64,000 nt of DNA from Octopus sinensis (lineage: Eukaryota), in contig NC_043004.1 in assembly GCF_006345805.1 (NCBI RefSeq), forward strand, positions 620,001 to 684,000, read 5' to 3'. Made by a program: the position numbers and the translations under genes. Positions within the stretch are counted from its first letter, which is position 1. Every line of letters begins with the position of its first letter. Below the pieces are notes generated by a model. It worked only from the letters and a program-made list of their open reading frames with translations. It made no database searches and was not told the DNA's origin. Below are positions 1 through 13,625 of the stretch, one piece after another.

Positions 1-729
1 TTGATGTGACAATTGTACATGATCGTCACTATCATAGAAGCAGTGTCCTTCATTTCTAGTCTTCTGTGAAAGTCTTTGACAGGAAGGCCATCCTACCTTA
101 GAAAGTCTACCTCAGTAAGCTCCATCTGATCCATGCAAGCATGGGGAAAATGTTAAAAGGATGATGATGAAGATCACTCACTCACTCATGGGCCCTTTTT
201 GAGACTGACAGTCATCAGTGCCTGGATGAGGTGTATATAGAAATGGAAGGCAGTCAGAGTTGTGGAGGACCTTCAGCAAAAACGGAGTGACTCTTCACCC
301 ACATTTTATTTGTGTTTTTGTTTTTTTTTAATTATACTGTTTAATTACATTATGGCCATACTAAACAGATGCATCGATGTTGACCACCTCATGAGGCACA
401 TCATAGAAAGGAAAAAGTGGTAAAGAACCTGGCAAAGATGGGGCCTTGATCAATTTGGATCAGTCAAAAGCTTTTGGTAGGGTTGATCATCAGTACTTGG
501 TGGCTGTCCTGGAGGTGGCATTGAGGTCATTGGCAGTACTCTGAGGAAATACAAAGTAGTGACAGGTACAAAAATTAAGCAAGAGTTGATCCTACAATTT
601 GGCACTTGAGATGCAGTTCGATACTGTTCAATGGTGTTGTTGCACTGGACAAATGGACAGGTCAAGCTGCTTTGGGTTTGGTTTGATCTAGCCCTCCACA
701 ATCAAATGGAAATTGTAGCTGTGGCTGAT

Positions 730-1227
730 ACCAGTGCCACCTGACTAGCTCCCATGCTGGTGGCATGCAATAAGCACCATTCATGCATCGGTCGTCGCCA
801 ATGCCACTTGACTGGCTCCCTGTGCTGGTAGCACATCAAAAGCACCATCTGAATGTGGTCAGTGCCATCCCTCTCGCCCTAGCTGGCTCCTGTGCCAGTG
901 GCATGTAAAAAGCACCATCTGAACGTGGCCAGTGCCAGTGCTGTCTGACTGTCTCTTGTGCTGGTGGCATGTAAAAAGCACAATCCGAACATGGTCGGTG
1001 CCAGCCTCCTCGCCCCATCTGGGTACTGTGTCAGTGGCGCGTAAAAAGCACCCACTACACTCTCAGAGTGGTTGGCATTAGGAAGGACATCCAGCTGTAG
1101 AAACATTGCCAGATCAGATTGGAGCCTGGTGTGACCTCCTGGCTTGCCAGACCCCGTTCGAACCATCCAACTCATGCCAGCATGGAAAACAGACGTTAAA
1201 CGATGATGGTGATGATGATGATGATGA
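730..1227 (+). mobile_element. SINE-like repeat with internal ~68-bp tandem units and (GAT)n tail
   Basis: Units like gtgccagtggcatgtaaaaagcaccatctgaacgtgg, then ...ggcattaggaagg..catccagctgtagaaac...gacgttaaacgatgatg; same family at 4515-5250, 6402-6612, 7130-7255 (minus) and 10130-10381. Confidence 0.75.
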
Positions 1228-2073
1228 ATATGCTACTGAGAAATAGTAGTATGCTCAGAGAACATTGGTTGTCATGGACAAGATGACAGAAGAGGAATAT
1301 AAAGAGAGAGACCGAATGAGATGATTTGGCATGGCTGTTTTGGTGCTGAAGATTTGGCACAGCTGACTGGACAGTCAACATGTTTGGGTGACGGTAATTT
1401 TTGGTGCATGGAAATATACACAAACAGATAGAGACAGCCAAGCATTTTCTCTGTAGTAAGACAGCTATTCCTGTCCCTCTGTCATGCACCAACCTCTTGC
1501 ATGATACATGGCCACTTCTCTCACTTCCTCTCCTTCATTGAGCTGAGGGGTCCTCCTCTTGCAGACTACTTGGTGACCTTGTGGGTGCTAATGCCACATA
1601 AAAGGCACCCTGTGCTGGCAACACATAAAAGGCACCCTGTACACTGTGTAAAGTTGTTGGCATAAGGAAGGGCATCCAGACATAGAAAGCATGCCTGGTG
1701 CAGCCCTCAGGCTTGCCAGCATGGAAAACAGACATTAAATGACGATAATGATAAACAAAGTAAATGCTCATATACACAAACAGAGAGAGAGAGAGAAAGA
1801 GAGAGAGAAGGAGAGAAACATTTGAAATGTTTGACACCAAATAAATCAGTGTCAGCTCAGCAGTAGCGATTAGGTAGCACCAGAATGGCCGTGACAAAAC
1901 ACACCCATGAACAGAATGGTTGTATTGCTGACCTAGCCAAACCACGTCACCATGGTAAAAAAAATGTTACTATAATGGTGAGGATGATGATGATGATGAC
2001 AATAAAAAGTATTATTTTGTTAAAATATATTCCGAGTTCACATTTTTGTAAGGTCATTTTATTTTCTTCCCAG

Positions 2074-2179
2074 GAAAAAGAAAATCATGTCTGACTTCTC
2101 TTACGCTGTGGATTCAAGGCAGTGGGAAGTTTACAATCAATGGTCAAGACTTACTTTACTTTAGATCGAAATCATCAAG
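2074..2179 (+). CDS. MRPS9: MRPS9 (mitochondrial ribosomal protein uS9m), internal coding exon
   Basis: Acceptor ttttcttcccag and donor gtaag; translates (G)KRKSCLTSLTLWIQGSGKFTINGQDLLYFRSKSS(R), matching the uS9 GxRK...GSG.xxxNG motif; 106 nt, phase-compatible with the next exon. Upstream exons not found in the window. Confidence 0.9.
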
Positions 2180-2473
2180 GTAAGAATAGTTTTTTCCTTG
2201 TCTCAAATTGTCCCTTTCTCCATTCTAATAATCCAGCCTTGCAGATCTTCTACAGCCAGACCTCCCCCCTCCCTGTTGCCAACCCTCTTCGGTATCTAAG
2301 AAAGATAATGTTTCCCCATGGCCGAACCCTTTCTTTGCAGAATATTGAAAATGAATGACACTGCTTGTGTGACAGTGACACTCGTTTACAATCATCATGT
2401 TATGTCTCAACAAGAGTACACACATGTACACATGCATACATGTGTGTGTGTGTATGTGTGTGCATGCATATAG

Positions 2474-2517
<44 letters not shown>

Positions 2518-2582
2518 TAAATGTAACAACAAAAGAGTGAGATGTAGATATTAGAGAAATAGAGGGTTGTTTATATATGTTA

Positions 2583-3370
2583 CTAGCAGCATAGCCCAGC
2601 GTTGCCCGGGTATGTAAGAACTCCTAGTAGGCAACGACTAATCCCAATCTAGTCCTTTCCCTCTAGGGAACGAAGGCGTATGTGTAGGTTGCAATGTCTT
2701 CTCTTCACTCCCAAATAACTATCAAACAGCTATCGATAATTCAACCCAACCAATTCCTAACAGGAAGAAATTACATTCGAGACTTTACCCCCACTTCTGC
2801 TAATAGCTGCTGCAGCCTCAAGTTATTCGAATACTTTTTTTGTTTACACTCTCTTTATAACTACCACCCCAAACGTTTTACCTTAAATTTTTGATGTACC
2901 CTAAGGGTCCTCAGACGCTACTTGCAAACTCTTGGTTTATTATAAACCGCTTTTGTCGTGTGCACCAAAAAACCTTTTTCATTTGTTTGTTCAGTTTGGT
3001 CACTTTTGACTTTTTCGTTGTTGTCACTCACATTGCTGCCCGCTTTTTTGCCGTTTTTGTACATTTTTATACATTTTGGGATACTTACCCCATGTGTTCC
3101 GAGAGTTAAAAAGGTCGAGTTGTGTCCCCTAGATGGTCTGTAGAAAATGTGTTGCATATAAAAAGCTTAGATCCTCGACCCATGTCGAATTTATCGATTT
3201 TTTTTCAGAACTGGGGGAACTTTTCAAAATTTTTGCTGCGTTAGTTTTAAATTATGACATTGGGCTATGTGTGTGTCAAGTTTCATCAGAATCGGTTGAA
3301 AGCCGTGGTCAGGGTGAGGGTACAACCTGACAGACACACAGACAGACAAACTGCCGTTTATATATATAGA
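2583..3370 (-). mobile_element. Non-autonomous Helitron
   Basis: Minus strand starts TC(tatatatataaacggcag), ends with hairpin cccgggcaacgctggg and CTAG, inserted between A and T; shares its 5' half with 38384-38751. Confidence 0.8.
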
Positions 3371-3770
3371 GATAATTTAGAACAAACAGTAAAAGGTTGT
3401 CATTATAGTACTTGGAGTTTCAAATGCTGGAGAGAAGAGCTATGGTACATTCTTGTCAGCTATGAAATCCATTAAATATAAGGGGAGTAAAAGAAAAAAA
3501 CATAAAGAATATTGTAAAAAATATATAAAATATATATATATAAATATACACCCAACTACATTCTCACAATACATAGACATAAACCTTCTAAATTCACGTC
3601 TGCATACGCACACACTCACACAAACATGTATTTGTACATGCACACGCACACACACACACACACATATATACATATATGTATATATGTACACAGCCTCATC
3701 CTCATATACACATAGGTGCTTACATGCATACACATAACAATACACATATATTTATACATTTACATATATC

Positions 3771-3822
<52 letters not shown>

Positions 3823-3833
3823 CCAAGTACTAT

Positions 3834-4225
3834 AGGCGCAGGAGTGGCTGTGTGGTAAGTAGCTTACTAACCAACCACATGGTTCCGGGTTCAGTCCCAC
3901 TGCGTGGCATCTTGGGCAAGTGTCTTCTGCTATAGCCCCGGGCCGACCAATGCCTTGTGAGTGGATTTGGTAGACGGAAACTGAAAGAAGCCTGTCGTAT
4001 ATATGTATATATATATATATGTGTGTGTTTGTGTGTCTGTGTTTGTCCCCCTAGCATCGCTTGACAACCGATGCTGGTGTGTTTACGTCCCCGTCACTTA
4101 GCGGTTCGGCAAAAAAGAGACCGATAGAATAAGTACTGGGCTTACAAAGAATAAGTCCCGGGGTCGAGTTGCTCGATTAAAGGCGGTGCTCCAGCATGGC
4201 CGCAGTCAAATGACTGAAACAAGTA
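3834..4225 (+). mobile_element. tRNA-derived SINE (family A)
   Basis: Head with A-box-like tggctgtgtgg and B-box-like gggttcagtcc; related copies at 23575-23903 (-), 30217-30775 (-), 34907-35065, 39045-39460 (-), 46445-46590 (-), 52650-52935 and 61800-62145 (-). Confidence 0.8.
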
Positions 4226-4243
4226 AAAGAGAAAAGAGAAAGA

Positions 4244-4279
<36 letters not shown>

Positions 4280-4514
4280 TTGCACTCACACACACACACA
4301 TCTATATATATATATATATATAATATATATAGACATATGTATGTATATGAGTGTAAGACTGTCTGGTGCACATGTGCAATTTTCATGCACAGGCCCCACC
4401 CCTCCATTTATACGGATATGCATGTTTTTATATGTGCGGGTGTAGGTGTGTGATGGGAGCGTATATATATACATGTGTGTGTGTGAGAGTGTGATTGTAT
4501 GTCTATAAATATAG

Positions 4515-5250
4515 TGCCGGTGGCACATAAAAAGCACCATCCGAACGTGACCGATGCCAACCCCGCCTCGAATGGCTTCTGTGCCGGTGGCACATAAAAA
4601 GCAACATCCGAACGTGGGCGATGCCAGCACCGCCCCGACTGGTTTCTGTGCCGGTGGCACATAAAAAGCACCAACCGATCGTGGGATCCCGGAACATCTC
4701 GCTGTGCTTGAGGAGACCTGTTGAGTCAAGTGCATGTACATGAACATCGACCCAAATATCAATGGAAACAGTAGTAGTTGTGATACCTGTGCCGGTGACA
4801 CATAAAAAGCACCATCTGAACGTGGCCGTCGCCAGTGCAGCCTCCACTGGCTTCTGTGCCGGTGGCACATAAAAAGCACCATCCGAACGTGACCGATGCC
4901 AGCACCGCCCCGACTGGCTTCTGTGCCAGTGGCACATAAAAAGCACCATCCGAACGTGACTGATGTCAGCACCGCCTTGACTGGCTTCTGTGCCGGTAGC
5001 ACAAAAAAAAAAAAAAAAAAAAAAGCACCAACTGATCGTGGCCGATGCCAGACCCCTCTGGCACCTGTGCAGGTGGCACGTAAAAAGCACCCACTACACT
5101 CGCGGAGTGTTTGGCGTTAGGAAGGGCATCCAGCTGTAGAAACACTGCCAGATCAGACTGGAGCCTGGGGCAGCCCCTGGCTCCCCAGACCCCGGTCGAA
5201 CCGTCCAACCCGTGCTAGCGCGGAAAACGGACGTTAAACGATGATGATGA
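4515..5250 (+). repeat. ~68-bp minisatellite array within a (GAT)n-tailed SINE-like element
   Basis: About 7-8 copies of gtgccggtggcacataaaaagcaccatccgaacgtgaccgatgccagcaccgccccgactggcttct, followed by the family 3' end. Confidence 0.85.
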
Positions 5251-7284
5251 TATATATATATATATATACGTATATTTATACCTATAAATGTCTAAATATA
5301 TATGTATTATGTTACATGTAGGCAAGGAAGCGCCTATGTGTATATAAGGATGAGGCTGCATACATATATATACATGCATGGGTGCGTGTGTGGATATGTG
5401 TAAGTACTTACATATATGTTAGTGTGTTTAGTGTATGTGTGCATGTATGTATACATGTTTGTGTGAGTGTGTATGTATGTAGCCGTTGTGAGTGCAGGAG
5501 GTTTATGTCTATATTGTGAGAATGTGGTTGTGTGTATATTTTTAATAATATTTTTTATTTTATTTCTTTTTCCACCTATCAGAGTTACTTCCCTTTTACT
5601 TGACTGTTTATTTTTTCCGTAGTGTCTGTTGCTATTAATAGACGACAAGAATGTATCGTAGCTCTCCGTTCTGGCATTCGAAACAACAAATACTATCATG
5701 ACAACCTCTTACTGTTTATTCTAATTTATACACACACACACACACACACACATATATGTGTTACGTTGTTTGTTTTCGAAGCATTGAAATGTATTGTAGA
5801 ACAAGCAGAAAGATATATTTTATTCAATATGTACATGCTGAACAGTAAATATTTAAAGGATAAAATCCCTTTTTTTTTTAAACGGGATTTTATCCTTTAA
5901 ATATGTACTGTTCAGTATCCATGCGTTGAATAAAATTTATCTTTCTACTTGTTCAATATATGTGTATTTATATATATATATATATATATATAGGTATATT
6001 TAGATGTTTGAAGCAGCAATTAAGGAGGTGAAGGCAGGGAAGGACTGCTAGGTATAGTTGCTGAGATGCTAAACTATCTGCTGAGGTGGACCATGCATTA
6101 GTTATATGCACAACAAGGAGGCATAAGAAGCTGTTATGCCCAATGTTATGCTGTAGTATTAATAGTAGTAGTAGTAGTAGTAATAGTGTCAACACCATCT
6201 GCTACAAGAGCAAAGGAGCTGTGCTTGGGAGTGTGAACTACAGTGGCATGAAGTTGGTGGACCTGGTTATAATTAGGAACTGAATTAGCTTAGATGTTTG
6301 GATTGAAGATGTACAACTGTTGCTTTTTCCCTCATGAGACAACTGCAGCCATATTTAGCTAGGGCTAAGTTGCTGTGTCTATCTTTTTGTTGATTTAGAG
6401 CCCAGTCTGATCTGGCAGTGTTTCTACAGCTGGATGCCCTTCCTAATGCCAACTCATGGAGTGGTTGGCATTAAGAAGGGCATTCAGCTGTAGAAACAAT
6501 GCCAGATCAGACTGAAGCCTGGTGCAGCCTCCTGGCTTCCCAGGCCCCGGTCGAACTGTCCAACCCATGCTAGCAGGGAAAGTGGACATTAAACGATGAT
6601 GATGATGATGATGAGAGCCCTTACAGTGGTGATGGCCCTTACACTGACCTTCTCTTATCAATTATGAGACGTTTTGGACACAGCTGGTTTGGCACCACCT
6701 ATTTGCTGTTGCTGATCCTGTAATGACTCATCTGATATCAGATGTTTTAATGCTTCTCTCCCCTCCCCCTCCTTCCCTCTCTCTACCCCTCACTGTTTGT
6801 GTGTGTTGGCTTATTTCTCTTTATCTGTATGAAGAGAAGAAAGTGTTTGTGTCAGTGATGTTTGATTAATAAATTGTAATCTCTCACTGTATATGTGTGT
6901 GCGTGTTTGCGTCTAGTGTCAGAAATTACTATCTTCAGAACAGGCTCAGTGTCCAGTCAGCCGTACCACATCACCAGTGTCCAGTCAGCCGTACCACATC
7001 ACCAGTGTCCAAACAGCTGCACCCAATCATCCCATTCTTCCACTTTTTATTTGTAGTAACTTTGCTTATAATGCTTCACTAAAGTCGATGTTTATTCATA
7101 CCCTGTTGGATTTCATCCACCCTCTTATCATTATCATCATCATCATCATTATCGTTTAACGTCTGCTTTCCATGCTAGCATGGGTTGGACGGTTCGACTG
7201 GTGTTTGGGAAGCCAGGCGGCTGCACCAGGCCCAGTCTGATCTGGCAGTGTATCTGACTATAAAAGCTATTTTTATTTATTTAG

Positions 7285-7454
7285 AGCACAGTTGATGTAT
7301 CCACTTCAGTTTGTGAAGAAAATTGGAGAAGTTGATGTGGAAGCTACTGTAGAAGGTGGTGGCCACACCAGTCAGGCTGGTTCCATTCGATTTGCGTTGT
7401 CCAAGGCCTTGGCTTCTTTTATGGACAGTGCAACAGTTGAGAAGATGCGGTTAG
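7285..7454 (+). CDS. MRPS9: MRPS9 internal coding exon
   Basis: tttatttag acceptor, gtaag donor; AQLMYPLQFVKKIGEVDVEATVEGGGHTSQAGSIRFALSKALASFMDSATVEKMRL carries the S9 signature GGGxxxQAGxIRxxxxxAL; 170 nt, phases match both neighbours. Confidence 0.96.
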
Positions 7455-7983
7455 GTAAGGGATTTTCGTTTCCAATATTCTTTTAAATTTAGCTGTTCTT
7501 TTATTCTTTTACTTGTCTCAGTCATTTGACTTGGCCGTGCTGGAGCACTGCTATATTCATCTAGCTGTTATTGTGTAACCCTAGGTCAGTTTTGATCCTG
7601 TAGATAAGCATTCTAGCCATGATTATCCATCTTTGTTTTCAGGCATAATATATCTAAGATGACATTATCAAATATGTCCTCTGTTTAAAATTGTAAATGT
7701 CCCCCTTTGGTCATGAATGCCTGTGGGATTGCACCTGGGAAGTTACCCTCTGAGGCACAAATCCAGGCAAGGGTGTTTATGGAAGACCAGCAATCGCCCC
7801 TGCACACTAGCCTCTCAACTCCATACCACCGATGTTATCAAAGGGAAAGGTAAAGGCCGATACAGCTTGGCACCAGTGATGTTGCAACTCATTTCTACAG
7901 CTGAGTGAACAGGAGCAACATGAAATAAATTGACTTGCTCAAGAAGACAACAGACAGCCTGGGCCAGGAATTGAACACACACA

Positions 7984-8081
7984 GGCATATGGTGTAGTGG
8001 TTAAGGGCACGGGCTACTAACCCCAAGATTCTGAGTTCGATTCCAGGCAGTGACCTGAATAACAATAATAATAACAATAAT

Positions 8082-8144
<63 letters not shown>

Positions 8145-8300
8145 ATCATCATCATCAAAAAATACCTTAGGAATGAGAACCCAGGTTTGAAATTTCCCCA
8201 AGACAGCTGATGAAGGCTGGAAGGTATATCAGCCGAAACTTTGTGTTAACAACAAACAAGATGAGGACAAATATCCGTCAAATGTAAATAATGTAAAAAA
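7984..8300 (+). mobile_element. tRNA-headed element with microsatellite linker and hammerhead-bearing tail
   Basis: tggtgtagtgg (A box), gagttcgattcc (B box), (AAC/ATC)n linker, then ctgatga-a-ggctg..cagcc-gaaa at 8207-8238; lies in an MRPS9 intron. Confidence 0.7.
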
Positions 8301-9317
8301 TTTCACTACTTCATAATTGTGAGCCCAACGCTCTAACCAATGTGCCACGTGCCTTTTAAAGTTGTAATATTGTGTGATTTACGGGAGAATTTGGCTATTT
8401 CTAGCAAGTGAATTTTATTCCAAACATGTTTTGAATGTCTACAGAAAATAAAGAATTTTGGTATGGTAAAAACTTGTGTCCCTGAAAGACACCCACAGAC
8501 TAAGGTACTTTAAAATCAATGTCACATTAACAGCAAATTATGTTTCTTCATTTCAGGAAAATGAAAATGAAAGTGTCTGCCTCTCAAGTATTCTCATCTC
8601 AGTGTATCTGATAAAATTAATAAAACTCGTCTACTCCCATGTATCTCCTTTGCAACAAGACATCTATTCCTGTTCCTCTTTCCTACTTAAGCATCTCTAC
8701 TCTTGGCACGATGCCACCCACCCTCAATACTGCATTCCCACTCTGTGAAGGAGTTTTTACTTGCATGTTACTTAGCGACCCTACCAGTGCTGGTGCTATG
8801 AAAAAAGCACCCAGTACACTCTGGTAAAGTGGTTCCTGGTAGGAAGAGCAACCAATCATAGAAACCTTGCTGAGGGAGATATTGGAGACCCACACGACCC
8901 TCGGGTTAGTTGGATTTTGTCGAACCATGCAAACCTCAACCATCTCCTCTGGAACCCTGTTTCCTCTTTTACCCTACTGGACCTTCATAGTTCTTCGATA
9001 TTTAAAAAAATCCAATTTTTATAATTAAATATTATTAAGTATTGTGTAAAAAAAAAATTGTTAAAATATTCTGTGTATTATAAAAGTATAACCAGTTTAT
9101 TGCAGATAAATTTTAGCAACAAAATCTTGTATGAAGGGCCACATGGGCCTCAGTTGAGAACCAAGGGCCACATGAGCCTTAGTTGAGAACCACTGCTCTA
9201 AACCATGTCAGCATGAAAGAAGGACAGGATGACTTAGGCAGACATTAGTTGAATGTCTGCCTGACTGGAATAAGGGATAAGTCTGTGTACTGTAGCATTA
9301 TTTAAACCAGTTTTTAA

Positions 9318-9519
9318 CCCTTTTGCTACCAACCCAGCTGAAACTGGCTCTGAGTACAAATGTCTTGTTTTCTTAAAATCTTCCACCAAACCTTAGTCAC
9401 AATTAATGTTCCTAACACTAGCTTAATGATAACGAAGTTGTTTTACTAAATTCTTTGTTATATTTAAAGTAATTGAAAGAAACACAGCGCATTTCAAAAT
9501 AAATACAGTAATGAAAGGG
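9318..9519. mobile_element. piggyBac-type MITE
   Basis: TTAA|CCCTTT ... AAAGGG|TTAA termini. Confidence 0.75.
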
Positions 9520-9621
9520 TTAAACAGACAATGTAGCTTATTGAAGAATGCTTAAGTTAGCCGTGTTGCTGAAAGAAAAGAACCAGAAGAAGAAAAGTAA
9601 TTTCCTGTTTCTATATTGCAG

Positions 9622-9700
9622 CTGGACTTTTGATGAGAGATTTGCGCCGCAAAGAACGTAAAAAGCCTGGTCAACCAAAAGCTAGGAAAAAGAGTACTTG
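9622..9700 (+). CDS. MRPS9: MRPS9 internal coding exon
   Basis: ttgcag acceptor, gtaagt donor; (A)[25 protein letters not shown](W), the conserved S9 C-terminal GLLxxDxRxxERKKPG motif. Confidence 0.96.
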
Positions 9701-10635
9701 GTAAGTTGTGTATCTGTTGGTTTTAGAAAGGTCCCCCATGTTCCTTCCTGCTTGTTGTAAGACATGAGTAAAAAGGTCAGTTAAGGTAGGAGAATCATTT
9801 GCATGTTGAGCAAAGCACTTAATGGCATGTCTTTTGGCTCTCTACATTCTGAGTTCAAATCTTGTTGAGGTCAGCTTTGTCTTTCATCTCTTTGTGGGGT
9901 GATGAAGAGAAAGGGCCTGTCAAGAACAGGGATGATGTAATCGTCCCCTTCCTTCAGAATTGCTGGCCTTGAACACTGCAACAGACAGGTGTCCCATTCA
10001 GTGGTCAATGTTGTGATCTTGGTCACTTATACATCATGGGGTCTGGATAAATGATCTTATGAGTCCTGGGGCTCAGGAGAAAAAAATTAAAAAGAAAACA
10101 AAAACTTCAATTAATATTGATAGAGTTTTTATGGTGGCATGTAAAAAGCACCATTTGAGCGTGGTCGATGCCAGTGCCACTTGATTGGCTCTTGTGCCAG
10201 TGGCACGTAAAAAGCACTCACTACACTCTTAGAATGGTTGGCGTTAGGAAGAGCATCCATTTGTAGAAACCTTGCCAGATTTGATTGGAACCTAGTGCAA
10301 CCTCCTGGCTTGCCAATCCTCACTCAAACCATCCAACCCATGCCAGCATGGAAAGCAGACGTTAAACGGTGATGATGATGATTATGTGATATCCCGGTTT
10401 CAAATTTTAGCACACGGTCAGTCAATTCGAGGGAAGGGTTAAGTCAATTACATCGACCGCATTGCTCAACTGGTCCTTATTTTATTGACCCTGAAAAGAT
10501 GGAAGGCACAGTTGGCCCCAGCACCATTTGAATTCACAACATAAAGTGGGCAGAAATGCTGCCAAACATGTTTCCTGGTGCCGTAACAATTATGTTAGCT
10601 CACCACCTTCATAGCCGCAATATATTGACATTGTT

Positions 10636-10858
10636 AAGGTGGCAAGCTGGCTGAATTGTTAGCATGCCTGGCAAAATGCTTAGTGATATTTCATCTGTCT
10701 TTACGTTCTGAGATCAAATTCCACTGACGTCAACTTTGACTTTCATCCTTTCGGGGTCGATAAATTAAGTACCAGTTGCATACTGAGGTCAATCTAATCA
10801 ACTGCCCTCCCCCTCCCCCAAATTTTGGGCCTTGTGCCTTGCCTAGAGTAGAAAAGAA
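10636..10858 (+). mobile_element. SINE family B (ggcgagctggcagaatcgttagc head)
   Basis: Related copies at 11148-11365, 17350-17545, 19248-19630, 30923-31730, 45655-45857 (-), 49730-49880 and 54020-54150 (-). Confidence 0.75.
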
Positions 10859-10937
10859 TATATTGACTTCATTGTTCTATGAATGTGTAGAGTTTTATTC
10901 TTATTGTTTACTGTATCTTTTTTCTTTGTTTTTTTAG

Positions 10938-10950
10938 GAAAAAGCGTTGA
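10938..10950 (+). CDS. MRPS9: MRPS9 terminal coding exon (W)KKR-stop
   Basis: Long polypyrimidine tract plus ag, then g aaa aag cgt tga, completing the canonical WKKR* end of MRPS9. Confidence 0.92.
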
Positions 10951-11026
10951 AGATGGAATGAAAGTCTTCAGATCAATATTGTAACACATCCATGTTTTAT
11001 TGGTTTCAGAGTGAATGTAGCTGTAA

Positions 11027-11032
11027 AATAAA
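11027..11032 (+). terminator. Polyadenylation signal of MRPS9
   Basis: AATAAA about 77 nt after the stop codon; a second AATAAA lies near 11066. Confidence 0.6.
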
Positions 11033-12364
11033 AGGTTTTATATAAAAAAATTAACATATAATAGAAATAAACAAGTTTAACGAAAACGTGTGTTCTTCTG
11101 CAGATTTCAACTGTTTAATAGGAATGTTGATATGTTGTTCCTCTCTAAGGTCGTGAGTTGGCAGAATCGTTAGCACGCCGGGCGAAGTGCTTAGCGTTAT
11201 TTCGTCTGTCTTTACATTCTGAAATAAAATTCCGCTGAGGTCAACTTTGCCTTTCATCTTTTCGGGGTCGATAAATTAAGTACCAGTTGTGTACTGAGGG
11301 TCAATCTAATCTACTGGTCCCTTCTCTGAAAATTTCAGGCCTTGTGCCCAGAGTAGAAAAGAATATCTTGTTCCTCTGTCTAAAAGGGTTTGCAAAGGTC
11401 ACAAGGCATAACCCCTTCCTCCACAGTAAAGCGATATTAGGAAATTAAAATCAAGATATCTATTATGTTACACTTGTTTCAGTCATTGGACTGTGGTCAT
11501 GCTGGGGCACCACCTTGAAGGGTTTAGCTAAACACATTGACCCCAGTATTAATTTTAGAGATAGGTATTTATTCCTTTGATCTCTTACACCTTAGATCAT
11601 AACTTCAACACTAAATTTTATGGGCTTTGTCTCTATGGTTTCTGGCAGTGGAACCAGAAGTGGGTATCTATTACAACCTCAACTGCAGCTGACTGTGGTC
11701 ATCCTTCATGAGGGAGGTATGAACTTGTTGGTCAGAGCAACCTCAGCCTGCCCCAGGCAAATGCCATCGCAAGTACAAGCAAGCATGGATTAAAGCTGGC
11801 AGAATCGTTGGCATTTTGGTCAAAATGCTTAGCGGCAGTGTTTCCATCTCTCTACATTCTGAGTTCAAATCTCGTCCAGGTCAACTTTACCTTTCCATCC
11901 CTCCTGGTTGAGAAACAGGTGAAGAAAAACCTTTGTTGTTCTGAAACCAGGTTTGTGGTCCAAGAGGTTCCAACAGAGGGAATTTGGTTGAAGGCAATTG
12001 GTGTTCAGAAGAGGAACAGAAGCAAGTGTTTGTGTGTGTATGCGGTAAGCCATTCTGCAACAATTGCAGACTAGAGTGTATTTTATTGTGATGTCACCTG
12101 GAATAAATCATCGTTGATGAATTCATGGATAACATCAAGAAAACAGTTATTAGCCTGGTAAAAATTTGAATAAGTTCTATCTGACATTATTTTGGAGTAT
12201 AATTTGTTTGCGGATCCATTTGGTATGTAGCATATTTAATGATTTGTAATACAGATGTTAGCAGGGCTTGCTGAAGGCATCTGTAACTCAGTAGTCACCC
12301 AGGACATGTAATGCAGTCTCCTTGCAGTTGCCTTGCTTTTCGAAGCAATTCTTCCAGAGGTCTT

Positions 12365-13415
12365 CAATTTATGCAGCAATTTATGCAGCGCTTTGTGCAC
12401 GTCTTTGTCCGTAGCAAACCGACGACCTTGTAAAGGTCCAAAGAGGTGATAGTCGAAAGTGGACTCAGCAACTCAAAGCCCAACTTCTTAATTGTTTCAA
12501 CAGTGTGGACGGCCATAAGTGCATGTGCATTGTTGACAATAGGGCCCAGCATTTGGTGCAAATTGCTGGTTTCAGTTTGTTGGCCAATATTTCACTGTAA
12601 CCTACACTAGTGACTGTAAACCCCTTTTCCAGGTAATGTTCCTGTAGAGGCCCCTTTGCCTCCCTCCCCCACAAAAAAACACGTTTGTCATTGCTTTTCC
12701 TGCAAAAGGTCAAGTCTTGAATTTCTTTTTCGCTGGCGATTCTGTGTTTCCATTCCATATTCTACATTTTGGATTCTGGCTCAAAGTGAGAGACCCATGC
12801 CTCATCACCTGTGACTGTTCTCTCCAAAAACTAAGTTTTGCCTTCACCCTTGTTGCGGTTGAATAAGCGTTGACAGATTTCCACACGATTGCGCTTCGGT
12901 AAGCGCACTTGGCACGCATCTCTTTACAGAAGCGAAGTTTGTGGCGGCTGATTTCCTATGCAGAACCATGACTAATTTGCAGAGAACATGCCATCTCATT
13001 GACAGTCACTCGTCAGTTTGCCAGAACCATCTCGCGAGCTCGTCGAATCTTCACGTCAATGGTGGAAGCTGGTCATCCTGATCCTTCTTCGTGCTTTATG
13101 CTTGTCGGGCCATTTTGAAAGTCTTTGATTCACCCATACAGACTTCTAAGCTGTAGAGCGCTGTCCCCAAATTGTACTGAAGGCCTGCGATGAATTTGAG
13201 CCCTTGACATACCTTCAGAGCAGAGAAATTATATCACTGATCTCGGTCCTTTTACGCCCACGGAGCGACCGTGTTTTCTTTGTAACATAAAAAGGAAAAC
13301 TGGAGCAATCGTAACCACAGGAGTGCCACCAGTAAGCACGCGAGTGCTGGAGGCAGTGCGGCCAATCTAGTGAATCTTTGGTGAAAGTGCAGATAATTTT
13401 TGACTGCCTCTTGTA
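12365..13415 (-). mobile_element. Mariner transposase pseudogene (probably irritans/Hsmar2-like)
   Basis: Frameshifted fragments TGDEAWVSHFEPESK..MEWKH, SPAKKKFKT, HYLEKGFTVTSVGYSEILANKLKPAI, NNAHA..AVHTVETIKKLGFELL; terminus TA-CAAGAGGCAGTCAAAAATTATC at 13415; second TIR not found. Confidence 0.85.
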
Positions 13416-13593
13416 TGAATAACCTCACTAACGTAGTAATCTGAGCAGGTCAAAGTTACTTCGACTTTTCGTTATCAGCGATGACGTCATTGTCTCTTAG
13501 CAACAATATTTTCATTCCAATACAAACATTTTTCTGTTTTGTTTGTTATTCAAACTGAATTTAATGCAGTAGACCGAAAACACCACCACACAA

Positions 13594-13625
<32 letters not shown>

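Noticed and set aside
4515-5095. CRISPR-like look of recurring gtgccggtggcacataaaaagcacc units
   Set aside because: The intervening segments are homologous to one another, there are no cas genes, and the context is a eukaryotic SINE minisatellite.
7455-7486. ORF-track tail GKGFSFPIFF after the S9 exon
   Set aside because: Intron read-through past the GT donor at 7455.
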